The translations under genes were made by a program, and so were the position numbers. This document shows positions 51,211-63,780 of a stretch of 64,000 nt of DNA, piece after piece (position 1 is the stretch's first letter; each line of letters begins with the position of its first letter). Under the pieces are notes generated by a model that did not search any database, was not told where the DNA came from, and saw only the letters and a program-made list of their open reading frames with translations. The stretch is taken from contig NW_026782067.1 in NCBI RefSeq assembly GCF_031769215.1, forward strand, positions 682,001-746,000, read 5' to 3'. Origin of the DNA: Ylistrum balloti (lineage: Eukaryota).

Positions 51211-52994
51211 TACATGCTTTTTATGGCCCTTATCACTTAGGTGCTTTTTCATAGCACTGGTTGTTCCAGAGTATGTAGATTAAGTTGTTATTACCTGCGG
51301 GACCATGTCTTTTTGTAGTTGAAAAAAAATTAATGCAAATATATAAATTTTTGTTCATTTTTCATTATGAATCGGCATAAAGGCCAATTCTGTCAACTTG
51401 CTTGTGAGTTTTGATTGTAATTTCTTCAGTCAGCATATAGACTCAAATGAAATCATATAAACTGAAATAGTCAAGAAAATACCATGTTCATCTGTGTTGA
51501 TTTCTTTATGATCTTGGAATAATAATCATTTTTGATGATATTTATTTTCTGAATCCCTTGGATCAATGTAATAACTCCATCATATGTTCCACATGAATCC
51601 ATCTCAGTTTATCATATTTATGGCTTTTTTGTTGGAAAACATCTTAATGTTAAACTTTCCTAATGTACAGCACTTATACATGATACTCCGGACATTTCTG
51701 AGGTATCCAAAATATAGGTCATCATACATGGGAGATTATAATGTTGCTTTATTTAATTAAGAAATATCAATTCTGTTTGTTCTTAATGTTTACTTAAATT
51801 TTGTAAGTGCTACGTGTATTATTATGTCAGAGATAATTCTATTTTTAAGTAGGATTTATAATAGTTTCTAACATAATTTCTAAATGCAACTTTCTATTGT
51901 AAACATCTTTAGATGAGGAACTTATATGTCCTATAATATGATAATGTAAGTTTGTAAGTACCTGCCAGTAAAATTTCTGTGTCAAGGAGTGATGTCTGAA
52001 GATTGGGTGTATATGATTTCTCCACTGTAAACAGATATCCAAGGACTTCTGTAATTAATCTGATGCTTGAGGCTTTATACATATTGACCATCCTGATTCT
52101 GATGTCATCAGCACACACATGTTCAGTGAGACAGGTTGTGTGTATCTTGAACACAGACAGAAAACATTAGTCTTTTTGACGTTTATTAAGAAATCTCTTG
52201 CCTTAGTGGTGGGTATATACTGATTAATGTCTGAATCTGTCTTTGGCTATAAGAACAAGTACAGTATATATTTTGATACATTTCATTTCCCTTTATCTAA
52301 TTAAAAAATTCTTACCTTCATGTTTTCTGTATACAAAATTAACTTTCACATTCTGTATGATGTACTATCAATCTCATGAATTTGCTGGTGTTTGACACAT
52401 AAAGTGAAGATTCCACAAATAGGTTGTCTATACAGTGAAACACATTTATTATTGTGTCCTTGTCATATGTATTGATATGCTGCTTGAATTATTTTTTTTG
52501 TTTATGCTGACAAATGAATATCATTGTAGACCTTATAAGTGCACATTTACAAAATCATTAGAGGGTTGTTCTTAATCAAGCTATTTACAAAGAAAAGTGT
52601 TGAGGTACAAAACCTTGTAATGACAAAAAACATAAATTGAATTGCAGATAAAATCCTAGCATTTCTATGGAAGATACAAGTTAGAGGACAGAATTTAGAA
52701 CAGTGAAATGAAAGTTTTTGTGCACCTCCCACCCACTTTTCCATAAAGTGGGCATGTGCTTAAAGAGCAGGTGCACTTATAAGGTCAACTACATTTGAAA
52801 ATAGTTGCTACACAACATTGAATATGTACATTATTTTGAAATGCTAGTATATGTACATATGTTGTTAGATATCAACGTGTCTATTGCACATTATCTGGTT
52901 ATGCTAACTAGCTGATGTATGGTACATATAATGTTTTAAGTAAAAAAGTTAAAAATTGTGTCATACAAAATCACAAATATTATGTCTCAGAGGT

Positions 52995-53000
52995 AATAAA
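52995..53000 (+). terminator. Candidate presenilin poly(A) signal
   Basis: First AATAAA found after the stop codon; variants TATAAA/CATAAA near 51340-51380 and ATTAAA near 52300 come earlier. Confidence 0.3.
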
Positions 53001-53229
53001 TACTACAACAATAAGGTCTATTTCATTACCAAATAAGGACATTAAGATAATAAATATTGTTGGAGTCTCATATTACAGTATTGTGTATTGTTTTGGGGAT
53101 GTTTGAGGCCACAGGTGATAGTCTGTTTTACAGTCACATAAAAAGAAGGGGAATTATATTCTATTGATGTTGAAATATTTCCAAGAATGTATGATTGTTA
53201 CTGATAGAGACATGTATACTTTTGCCAGT

Positions 53230-53720
53230 GACTTCAGCCTTTTTACAGTGAAGTCAGTAACTCATCTTGACTGACTCAGCAAGGGACAGGTACTTCTGCC
53301 AGTGACTCCCATACAGTGCTGCAAGTGGCTCTACAACCTGACTCGGCTAGAGACATGTGTACTTTGGCCAGTCACTCCTATTACGTTGACACTTCATCCT
53401 GACTCGGCTACAGACAGGTACTTTTGCCAGTGACCCCTGTTACAGTGACCTTCATACTGACTCAGCGAAAGACAGGGGAACTTTAGCCAGTCACTCCTAT
53501 TACAATGACACTTCATCCTGACTTGGCTACAGACAGGTACTTTTGCCAGTGACCCCTGTTACAGTGACCTTCATACTGACTCAGCTAAAGACAGGGGAAC
53601 TTTAGCCAGTCACTCCTATTACAATGACTGCTGACCTGGCTATAGACAGGGGTTTTTGGCTAGTACTGACTCGCCATCGGCTACAGATAGAGGAATTTTG
53701 GCCTGTGACTCCCGTTACAG
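53230..53720. repeat. Unit of about 60 bp arranged as a 119-bp dimer
   Basis: gccagtgacccctgttacagtgacc at about 53426 and 53545. Confidence 0.8.
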
Positions 53721-54070
53721 TGCTGCCAATAACCATGGTTACAGTGCTGTCAGTGACCAATATTACTGACTCTGTTACAGAGAGACTAAGGCCATTGATT
53801 CCTGTTATAGTGTCATCAGTGACCCTCGCTATCATATCTATACGTTTCTGTTCGTCACTTTACATGTAGAACAACGGGGTAATTTACATAGATATCATTT
53901 CAAACTTAATAAAATCTATATAATAGCTTTAAAGACAAATGTAAAGAAAGTCCACCAACTCGTCACATTCCAGTTGAATTAAAATCTTGTGATTTCAACA
54001 AACATACACTAAAGATATATTGCAATTTACTGCAGATACTAATTTTGAGTTTCAAGTGTTTTTCATTGAA

Positions 54071-54076
54071 TTTATT
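54071..54076 (-). terminator. Candidate peptidase poly(A) signal
   Basis: First AATAAA (tttatt on +) found downstream of the stop at 54898. Confidence 0.35.
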
Positions 54077-54430
54077 ATTTTTAATCTTTTTCTCTCCATC
54101 TTTCACCCGACAGCATATTGCTGTACATAATGGCACAGTTTACTTTCATGCGATATCACATTTGCTTGCTCTCTCATTTACAGTCATTACTGTCACACAA
54201 ACACATCAATATATATCCAGTTAATAATATGATAAAGGTTCTCCGGTGTTCTGAGTAACAAACATTAATAAACTGATAGAGCTTAGACAAATAATACGTA
54301 GTAAGTAGCACTCCATACAGTAATATTTTACCTCAAAATATATTTCTCACAGGAATGTTTAAAATCATGTCATGAACTTTGTACTAATATATTGCACAAT
54401 ACAAATATCCTTCATTTTTTATGTCTGATG

Positions 54431-54765
54431 ACATTCTCAAAGCCAACATAATAATTTCAGTTTTAATATGACATTCTCTAAGCCAAAGTTATAATTTCAG
54501 TTTTAGTATGGCATTCTCTGAGCTAAAGTTATAATTTCAGTTTTAATATGACATTCTCTAAGCCAAAGTTATAATTTCAGTTTTAATATGACATTCTCTG
54601 AGCCAAAGTAATAATTTCAGTTTTAATATGGCATTCTCTAAGCCAAAGTTATAATTTCAGTTTTAATATGACATTCTCTGAGCCAAAGTTATAATTTCAG
54701 TTTTAGTATGGCATTCTCTGAGCCAAAGTTATAATTTCAGTTTTAATATGGCATTCTCTGAGCTA
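54431..54765. repeat. 40-bp minisatellite (acattctctgagccaaagttataatttcagttttaatatg), 8 copies, in the presumed peptidase 3'UTR
   Basis: Exact 40-bp period. Confidence 0.95.
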
Positions 54766-54897
54766 AATTGGTCCGACCAAGCGCCAAAATTGTATTCTGA
54801 TGAAAGAAATGAAAGTAACAATCGTTGTTTAAGTTGTCTGCTAACATGATGAGATCGTATGGAACATACATTTTGTTCTTTTTTGCTGCTGCTCCAA

Positions 54898-55108
54898 TCA
54901 GTCCGGCATGAACTTTGTGACTTCCCGGAGAGTAGACTGAGCCGACCCTACAGTAAACACAATGACAGAGAAATGTTTCTTGACCACATTCCATCTTCGT
55001 GCGTGGTCAGCAGAAGGCAATTTCTCAATCTCAAATAGAGCGTCGACCAGCCCAGGGAAACTGCTTCCCGAGTAGGTGTTTACACTGCTCGCGGCAAACA
55101 AGATGTGT
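54898..55108 (-). CDS. M28B peptidase last exon ([20 protein letters not shown]...MPD*)
   Basis: Family C-terminal motif; stop TGA at 54900-54898. Confidence 0.95.
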
Positions 55109-58100
55109 CTGTGGGTACAAAAATAATACACTCATTGCCAAACAGGGTGGATTGGTCTTAAACTCGTAGTGGGATCTTTACAATATTGTCAATGGGGTCT
55201 TAAACTCGTAGTGGGATCTTTACAATATTGTCAATAGGGTCTTAAACTCGTAGTGGGATCTTTACAATATTGTCAATAGGGCCTTAAACTCGTAGTGGGA
55301 TCTTTACAGTATTATCAATAGGGCCTTAAACTCGTAGTGGGATCTTTACAGTATTATCAATAGTGCCTTAAACTCGTAGTGGGATCTTTACAATATTGTC
55401 AAATGGGCCTTAAACTCGTAGTGGGATCTTTACAGTATTGTCAATAGGGTCTTAAACTCGTAGTGGGATCTTTACAATATTGTCAATAGGGTCTTAAACT
55501 CGTAGTGGGATCTTTACAGTATTGTCAATAGCAAATAGTTCCAAGTTACTTTTTTTAACTGATTGTAGGCACTAAGTGAATAAAATGTAAACATGAAACG
55601 GAGAATAATAATCACATGAAATTATACTCGTATAATACATTGTAACGACATACAAGTCCACCAAAAGAGCTTACTATCCATCAGATCAAACGAAAGTCAC
55701 TTATTAATGTTTTGGAGAAATAACTAAAAGCTGCAGTTTTTATGCCTTGATTTTTCCATTCAAATTTCCTCAATGGAACAGAAAAATAAAAAGTACACAC
55801 CTAGCGAGAGGTCTGTTCGGAAGTCCAGCGGGATCCATAAAGGCTCTTTCCAACTGGATCAGCTGGTCATTGATTTGTCGAATGGCAAAAGGACTACAAA
55901 TGAAAAGAAAACCAGCCACTAAAATTGTTTACTTTCGTTTGTACGATAATCGTGCATGATTTAAAACAATGCAAGCTAAGTGTCCATGTCGGCTCACTAA
56001 CCGACCTTTGGTGTCTTTCAAATGACCTTTAACAGCTGATGGACCCCTAGACGCGAATATCAAAATCTAATTCGACCATCTTTACCACATTTGAATATTC
56101 GAAGTCTGACGGTTACTGGTAAAATGAATAGTCGAAAGAAGCTGGTGAATGTTCTTTGACTGATGATGGTGTGTGCATGTCGTAGTTGAGCTGGCTAATC
56201 AAGGTCATGCTGCCAACATCATGACCAAGTTACCGAGCAAGATGTCGACAAATTCATGGCAACAATTCGAGAGCTGTAGGCTGGTGACGATAAGGAAGAA
56301 TTTTGACTGTCGTCCCAATAATTTTATTGCAAAATATTTTGTTTTCCGTGTGCAATGTAAAGTCGGACGTGTTTGGTGTTCGTAAATTTGCCTGGTTATT
56401 CCGCTGCGGTTGACCTTTGTCTCACTTCAGAACGTGACACTGCCTACTTAGATTGACCACTAATTACATGGCGGTATCGTCAACGAAGCAGAGGAGTGTA
56501 ATCCTCACATGGACTTATTATCCTTGTACTTTTTCACGTCTCCCTGTCAACCTTTTATCTGTTCCTATTTTGCCCTAGTTTCATACAATTTAATTTTGTG
56601 TTGAGATTCTGTTGTCATGTTCGTACATTCTGTGTTGTTTCTGTACTGTAAGAAGTCTCAAGTAACACACATGTTCCTTCCCACGTGTTGATTTATTAGA
56701 CACGCCCTTTATTTAGATTGTAGGAATGACATTCTTGACACTTACTCATTTTTGTTGACGTTGTTTACCAGATCAGTGAACCTTTTGGCCTCATTTGTGA
56801 AATTTTGCGCTGCTTGTTGGAGCCATTCTGTTGAAAACGAACACCGAAATGAAACAGTTGTACCTAGTTTTCCAAATGGCACCATTGTTTGCCAACAATA
56901 ATTATGATTTAAGCCAAATAAATGTCCACAAACGTAACGCTGAGTATTACATAGCATATATATATATATATAAGTATTCTATATATCCATACATTACCAT
57001 GCTTTCGAAGCCACATATTAACAAAGCGGTAAGTTGGAAGACATTGTAAGAGGTCATCTACTTGAAAAAATAGACCCTGTGTTACAGTTCTACAATGTAA
57101 TTGTGATGATATAGTAGGTTCGAATATTAAATAACAGAATAAGATTATTTCATCACGTACACGATTTGACTATATATTGAACACAGTCTAGACTAAGCAT
57201 TTGAAAATACGCACCAAATCGAACTCCATTGTCTCTGAGTAGTTTACCGTACTCGTTGTCAAGGCTGCTGACCATGTTTTCAAGCTGGTCAGCAAAGTCA
57301 TTTACATCGAAGGGAATGATGAGACTGTCCGCCAGGTTTCGACAAACTTCAGAAACTACCTGGCCCAGGGCTTTGTGGTGCTGTAAAATATTGTATGATG
57401 AGAGAGAGCATTTATAGTCATCGGCTTTCCCGTTAGGTTAGTTACTATGTTCTGTTTCCTCACAAGTGTCGTTCTTGCCTCGGCGTAGGTATTGTATTTA
57501 ATTTACTATCTATGGAGCCTAACATTGGTTACACCCCATACATAAATTATTGTGTTCAGTGTAGTGTAGTAAGTTTTAATATGATTACTGAGTTCCTTTC
57601 AAATAAATGTTTTTGGTAAAAATAACTATTAATAAATTCTGCACTAGAATGAATATTCTAAAAAAAAAAAACCGTTTTGCAAGATAGGAGGACATTCACA
57701 ATCAGACAGTGTTTGGCGGCTGTCATAAACTTGATAATTGATTGTTCAGTACTGTCAAATGAGAAATTTACCTTGAATCCTGTGTCTATGAGCTTGTCCA
57801 CTGCGTAGAAAGTTTCGTACACAGAGTGATACAGTGGATAGGAGCCTAAATCATACTTCTTCTGCAAAAACAACAAAGAAAATACCGACTTCTCAACCAA
57901 ATATTCTAACTCGAGTTCGATCAAACTTCGGCAAAACATGAAAAAAAAAAAAACATTTCAAGGAGTTCCCTGCAAAGAATAAAACAAATGCAATAATACA
58001 ACGGAGATCAATATATAATTGTAATTTATACAATCTCTGAAGGCTCTGGTCCATAAATTATTAGATAATTCATTTCGTTCAATACTATTTTAATCTGAAG

Positions 58101-61100
58101 CTCGAATAACACAAAGGTGGAAATAATGTAATGATAATTGTCATGTTAGAATTATTATTAGGCCTCCGACATTTGCAACAAACACTTACCGTATCGTACG
58201 AATAAGACATATCGACACAAGGAAGTCCAACAAACACTTACCGTATCGTACGAATAAGACATATCGACACAAGGAAGTCCAACAAACACTTACTGTATCG
58301 TACGAGTAAGACATATCGACACGAGGAAGTCCAACAAACACTTACCGTATCGTACGAGTAAGACATATCGACACGAGGAAGTCCAACAAACACTTACCGT
58401 ATCGTACGAATAAGACATATCGACACAAGGAAGTCCAACAAACACTTACCGTATCGTACGAATAAGACATATCGACACGAGGAAGTCCAACAAACACTTA
58501 CCGTATCGTACGAGTAAGACATATCGACACGAGGAAGTCCAACAAACACTTACCGTATCGTACGAATAAGACATATCGACACAAGGAAGTCCAACAAACA
58601 CTTACCGTATCGTACGAATAAGACATATCGACACAAGGAAGTCCAACAAACACTTACCGTATCGTACGAGTAAGAAATATCGACACGAGGAAGTCCAACA
58701 AACACTTACCGTATCGTACGAATAAGACATATCGACACGAGGAAGTCCAACAAACACTTACCGTATCGTACGAGTAAGACATATCGACACGAGGAAGTCC
58801 AACAAACACTTACCGTATCGTACGAATAAGACATATCGACACAAGGAAGTCCAACAAACACTTACCGTATCGTACGAGTAAGACATATCGACACAAGGAA
58901 GTCCAACAAACTGCACAAACTTGGCATGATCACTCCCGGCTCCAAGCGATGGAATTCTGTCAGTGATTACATGATTAACAGTTATTCATCACGCAGTTTT
59001 ATATTTTATTTCCACGACTATTGCCGAGGAATCACATGGTAGAGACAATTCAACGGTAATTTCCATGTAAAATTTGTTATATTTCATATCAGTGCATGTG
59101 ACTAAGACATTATCGGAAGTTTGGTTCGTACCTGCTCAAAATTCTGAAATGTATGATATCTGACGGAATGCGCTATAAATTCTCTAGTTAGGAGTTTTTG
59201 TAAAAGTAGTTACTGAATTTGGAGACGCCGTGTGTTTTCTAATGGTAAGATAAACAGTGTTAACCCATTTTGTCATATCTCATCGTGTTTGAATCACTGT
59301 ACTTGATACATAGCTTATTTCCATAGAAATATTTTACGTCTAGGTTAACATTGTGAGCTTACGATTCATGGATTAGTGGTAGCGATTGTGATCTGGACCG
59401 TTCCCATTGTCTAACGGATAAGTATATGTGGTAAGTACTTCTATTGTTAAGAAGATGTAGAAGATGTTACGTGGCAAGTGTGTATAAAGAAAGACAGACT
59501 GCCTTGGTAATTTGACTAGGAATGTTGTCTATGTTATCGAGATAAATCAGTCAAGCGGGAAAGGCAGAATTGGCCCTTTTGTATCTTTTTTAATCCTTTC
59601 TATTTTTTTCTTGTCGCACGAACACTTATCTGGTATACTATAGATATATTATTTGTACAATACTATATCATGATTCGTTATCACTATACAGGCTAAAACA
59701 AGCATTACAAGTATTTCTGGCTGGGACTCAATTACGACGACATACGTACTTTGGTCTGGAAGAGCTATTTGTTGCACTGGTGTAGACCCATTTATCATAC
59801 ACTGTCTTCATCCCTTTGGCAATGTCCTCTGGATTTGGATTTTCCACCTGGAAATATGACATTATCGCAAGACTCTACAGGACAGTATCAAAGTCTCGTC
59901 TCGTTAGAAAGAAGTCTGTTCTAGCATTAAAAAAAAATGTTATTCATGAAATAATTGACCAGAAAATTCTTTTCATTATACCGAAAATAATATCGAGATT
60001 TGGCTAAAGAAAATGATGGACTCCATTTCTGTATAAGTACCCTGACTTTACATTTAGTGTTATGTTTTATTGCATAGAACTTCATCTTCACAGTACACAC
60101 ATAAATGATTGTAGGTTAGTAAGCAATATACCAGTGATGATATACAAAGCAGTACCTTTCTAGTAGCGTCGTACAGACTGTGATACATAAGTGGAGTTCC
60201 ATATATGGCTACCGTATAGTTTCCTGGTACATACAACACACACAAACGTCAAATTTACGAGACGATCTATGATTCGGCTTCTCAATGGTTTTTCTCGAAT
60301 AATTACTGACATATACACAAATACCAGTGTACTGTTTAACATGGTTATGTTTCTTTAATTTGTATTTTTGGTTTTTATTTGTTTCTTTGTACCCATTTCT
60401 TATATTCATGAACTGAAAAAAATTGGAAAATGCCCATATTCTACGAACAATTTACAGTTCTCGAACATTTTAAAATCATGTCAACCATTAATAACAAAGT
60501 ATATTCATAAACCCCTATAATTGGAATTTCTGATAACGTCAGAGCCCCTACCATTGGCGATTTCTGATAATGTCAGAGCCCCTACCATGGGGAATTTCTG
60601 ATGATGTCAGAGTCCCTACAATTGACAATTTCTGATAATGTCAGAGTCCCTACCATGGGGAATTTCTGATGATGTCAGAGTCCCTACAATTGGCATTTTC
60701 TGATGATGTCAGAGTCCCTACAATTGACAATTTCTGATAATGTCAGAGCCCCTACCATGGGGAATTTCTGATGATGTCAGAGTCCCTACAATTGGCATTT
60801 TCTGATAATGTCAGAGTCCCTACAATTGGGAATTTCTGATAATGTCAGAGTCCCTACAATTTGGAATTTCTGATAATGTCAGAGTCCCTACAATTGGCAT
60901 TTTCTGATAATGTCAGAGTCCCTACAATTGGGAATTTCTGATGATGTCAGAGTCCCTACAATTGGGAATTTCTGATAATGTCAGAGTCCCTACAATTGGG
61001 AATTTCTGATAATGTCAGAGCCCCTACCATGGGGAATTTCTGATGATGTCAGAGTCCCTACAGTTGACATTTTCTGATAATGTCAGAGTCCCTACAATTG

Positions 61101-63780
61101 GGAATTTCTGATGATGTCAGAGTCCCTACAATTGGCATTTTCTGATAATGTCAGAGTCCCTACAATTGGCATTTTCTGATAATGTCAGAGTCCCTACAAT
61201 GGGGAATTTCTGATAATGTCAGAGTCCCTACAATTCTCATTCCGTTAAAAGCAGAATTAGTTCCATAAAATGTAAATATGCTTCATACAACGTTGCTATT
61301 GTTGCCGGGAAATCTTTGTGTATTGTTTAAGACACAACAGTTGTACATGAACGTTTCCATGGATTTATATATATATATATACATGTATATTGTTCTAGTC
61401 TATACGGTATCTATCAAATGTAGGATGCAATACAGACCTTCCACGGCGATGTCCACGTTAACGTAAGCCAGGGATCGGGCAGCCAGGCTCTTCACGTATT
61501 GCTATAAACAGAAGGTCATATAAAGACCCTGATGTACTTGATTAAACTGATAATGTTATGTCACTGTTATATGCCCCAAATTAACAAAATGAAAATCAAG
61601 ATAAATTTAAGATCTCATCGTATATTTCATTTAACCTGTATATTCCTTTCACCCAGATCGCTTTGGAAATTAATTGTTAAGTTTTAGTCCGATTCAATTA
61701 TCACACCTCCACACCTCTGATAAGTAGAGTCGGCACTGCCTTATATAATTACCTCAACCCACTCACTGGAGCCGATAAGTCCATACTCCTCCGCACCCCA
61801 GCTACAGAATATGATAGTACGACGAGGCCGCCATTTCCCTACAAAGAATAGAAATATCGATGGTAAGTTATATACCGAAATCATGTCGAAAACAGAGGTA
61901 CGCTGTCAGGATATATATACATTCATGTCCCATCACAACTGCTGATGTAAACTTTAGTGGGCACAAGTGATTTAACAATGTTTATAGGGAAATCATAATT
62001 CGGACAAATGACTGAAACTGCATCATTCAGCAATTTCGTCGTTCTATGGGCCTTCAGTACAAATTGATATCTTGATGGTATGCACTGCTTGATATATAAG
62101 TGCTTTATCGAGGGATGTGATGCTGGAGTTGATTGATTTGCACAGTCAATTAGAAATCAATAACAGTATTAATGTTGTTTTTCATTCTACGAAAAATTTA
62201 AACTATAACTGCGCTACTTGACATAGCTGCTTTCGTATTACGTTTTGTTCAAGGAATCCCAAATCACAAGTGGTAGCAGTACATAGTCGGGACACCTACA
62301 CCTGTCCAGCCGTCGATCAGCTACAGTGGTCCACAACCAGCTTTGTTGGGATTAATACTTCTACGATTGTCGTATTAAATAAACCTCCACACCACGCAGA
62401 CTTCGGCTTTACCACCAAACACTTGGCTACTAGATTGTATCTTACAGAATACTGAAATTTGTTACAATCACTTTGCTCACACTCTCTTGTTATGAAGTAG
62501 TTCGTGTAGTGTTCAGCTTTATAGTCAAAACGACCAAGCCTCAAATATTTGACAGTTCCCGGTCTAATGCACTTGTGAACTTGAGTGTAATGATTAACGA
62601 CAAAAATGTGTTATGTTTCTAGGTGTGTTGATTGTCGTTAGACAGATATACGATGCTTAAATTCTTAAATAGGTTCTTTGTCACCAAGGAGATAACTAAT
62701 CGCTAGAAAAAAAGATAACGATATGTGTAATACGACTGTTGATCCATTATTCCATGTTACTGTCATAATGAAATCACGTGATCAGAATCTCGGGATCACG
62801 TGACCGGTAGAGGTTTCCCTGTTTCCAGTTTTTAACCTTTGTGTTGACATCGTTAGTTTGACCAGTTTGGGTAATATTTGCACAATTCGTATGCATTGAT
62901 ATGAAAAATCACTTCAAACTGGTTTACCTTGCTTTACCAAGTTGCCCATTACTCTGGAGATTTCTTTCATAACGGCCGTACCACCTGATGGATCAATGGC
63001 GCCAAACACCCACGCATCTCTATGGTTTCCCATTAACACGTACCTGTCTGAGATAAATTTATTATTTATAATATGTAGCAAATATGTATAATACAAAGTG
63101 AATATGTTTTTCCGTATGATATTGATACATCGCTCTATTTCCCCTCCTTTTGAGATTAAAACAGTACCACATGTGTTTTATCAGGCAAAATGCACAGGTT
63201 CATGTTTTAACCTTTAAATATTGTAACTGGAAACTTAATTTTTTAGACACATACAGAGGATGTTTTTACTCCATATATATGAATTATGCATCATTATGAT
63301 ACAGTAATTCGTAAAATAGTTCGTACGGATAATTTTGCATTTTGTCAGTAAGCTTCATTACCTTGGAATCATGTTACAAGCATGATAATACCGAGTCTGT
63401 CATCTGATGGGTCATAAATATGCATTGGTGATGCAAGAACACATCATTACCTGGTTCAATAGCTCCCCGGATGATACCAAATACGTTGTAGGTTCTGCGC
63501 ATCTCGTTCTGGGTAGAAATAAACATCCGAATCGTCCTGCAATATCAAATTATAACAGTACAAACACATTATAGTAAAGGATTTATTACACAGTATGATT
63601 TTAAATATCGAACAAACAGATAAATTTTAATTGCCATTGCCTTAAAAGAAAGCTTGATGTTGCTTATGTAACTCTCAAGTTGTTACATACCATCCATTCT
63701 CCTTCATTTTGCCACCATATCTGTAGGTAAGGTTAAGTTTGCCTTTCCAGTCCTCTGTTACCTCATCGCCAGACATCTGT
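54898..63780 (-). CDS. FOLH1/NAALAD2-like: Glutamate carboxypeptidase II / NAALADase-like M28B peptidase, 3' part (13 exons, about 447 aa; the 5' part lies beyond 64000)
   Basis: Exons in transcript order: 63691-63780, 63451-63536, 62928-63047, 61753-61838, 61438-61501, 60156-60223, 59750-59847, 58866-58956, 57772-57861, 57215-57380, 56746-56827, 55801-55893, 54898-55108. All are GT-AG with consistent phases. Motifs: [89 protein letters not shown] further donor (gtaagt) lies at 63998-63999. Confidence 0.95.
55155..55531. repeat. 42-bp minisatellite (cttaaactcgtagtgggatctttacaatattgtcaatagggt), about 9 copies, in the last peptidase intron
   Basis: Period 55157/55199. Confidence 0.95.
55801..55893 (-). 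CDS. M28B peptidase exon ([18 protein letters not shown])
   Basis: TfR-like dimerisation-domain motif. Confidence 0.94.
56746..56827 (-). CDS. M28B peptidase exon ([10 protein letters not shown])
   Basis: Phases fit; gtaagt donor. Confidence 0.9.
57215..57380 (-). CDS. M28B peptidase exon ([10 protein letters not shown])
   Basis: [30 protein letters not shown]. Confidence 0.92.
57772..57861 (-). CDS. M28B peptidase exon ([11 protein letters not shown])
   Basis: Zinc-ligand His motif. Confidence 0.95.
58176..58911 (-). repeat. 52-bp minisatellite, 14 copies, containing a peptidase exon end and donor
   Basis: cttacc recurs at 58185+52n up to 58861. Confidence 0.97.
58866..58956 (-). CDS. 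M28B peptidase exon (LGAGSDH...GLPCVDMSY)
   Basis: Family motif; donor gtaagt at 58865-58860. Confidence 0.93.
59750..59847 (-). CDS. M28B peptidase exon (VENP...VYDKW)
   Basis: Open and phase-compatible; ccag acceptor and gtacgt donor. Confidence 0.88.
60156..60223 (-). CDS. M28B peptidase exon (GNYT...TPLM)
   Basis: [23 protein letters not shown]. Confidence 0.92.
60521..61235. repeat. 34-bp minisatellite (aatttctgataatgtcagagtccctacaattggg), about 21 copies
   Basis: Period 60541/60575. Confidence 0.96.
61438..61501 (-). CDS. M28B peptidase exon (YVNVD)
   Basis: [21 protein letters not shown]. Confidence 0.93.
61753..61838 (-). CDS. M28B peptidase exon (catalytic EE)
   Basis: [27 protein letters not shown]. 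Confidence 0.96.
62928..63047 (-). CDS. M28B peptidase exon (HRDAW...IDP zinc ligands)
   Basis: [23 protein letters not shown]. Confidence 0.96.
63451..63536 (-). CDS. M28B peptidase exon ([13 protein letters not shown])
   Basis: Family motif; phases fit. Confidence 0.93.
63691..63780 (-). CDS. M28B peptidase exon ([19 protein letters not shown])
   Basis: Resembles the W.G.L...Y segment of the GCPII apical domain; tag acceptor and gtatgt donor. Confidence 0.85.

Noticed and set aside
55990-56700. CpG-rich intronic stretch; possible hammerhead (gaaa...ctgatga at about 56134-56168) or decayed Penelope-like tail
   Set aside because: Stems I and II cannot be formed and no reverse-transcriptase motif is readable; the resemblance is too weak.
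60521-61235. C/D-box-like tgatga and ctga motifs
   Set aside because: They overlap within one repeat unit and lack snoRNA spacing and terminal stems.
62270-62544. Cys-containing ORFs of 61-75 aa in a peptidase intron
   Set aside because: No recognisable domain in any frame; possibly a transposon relic but unsupported.
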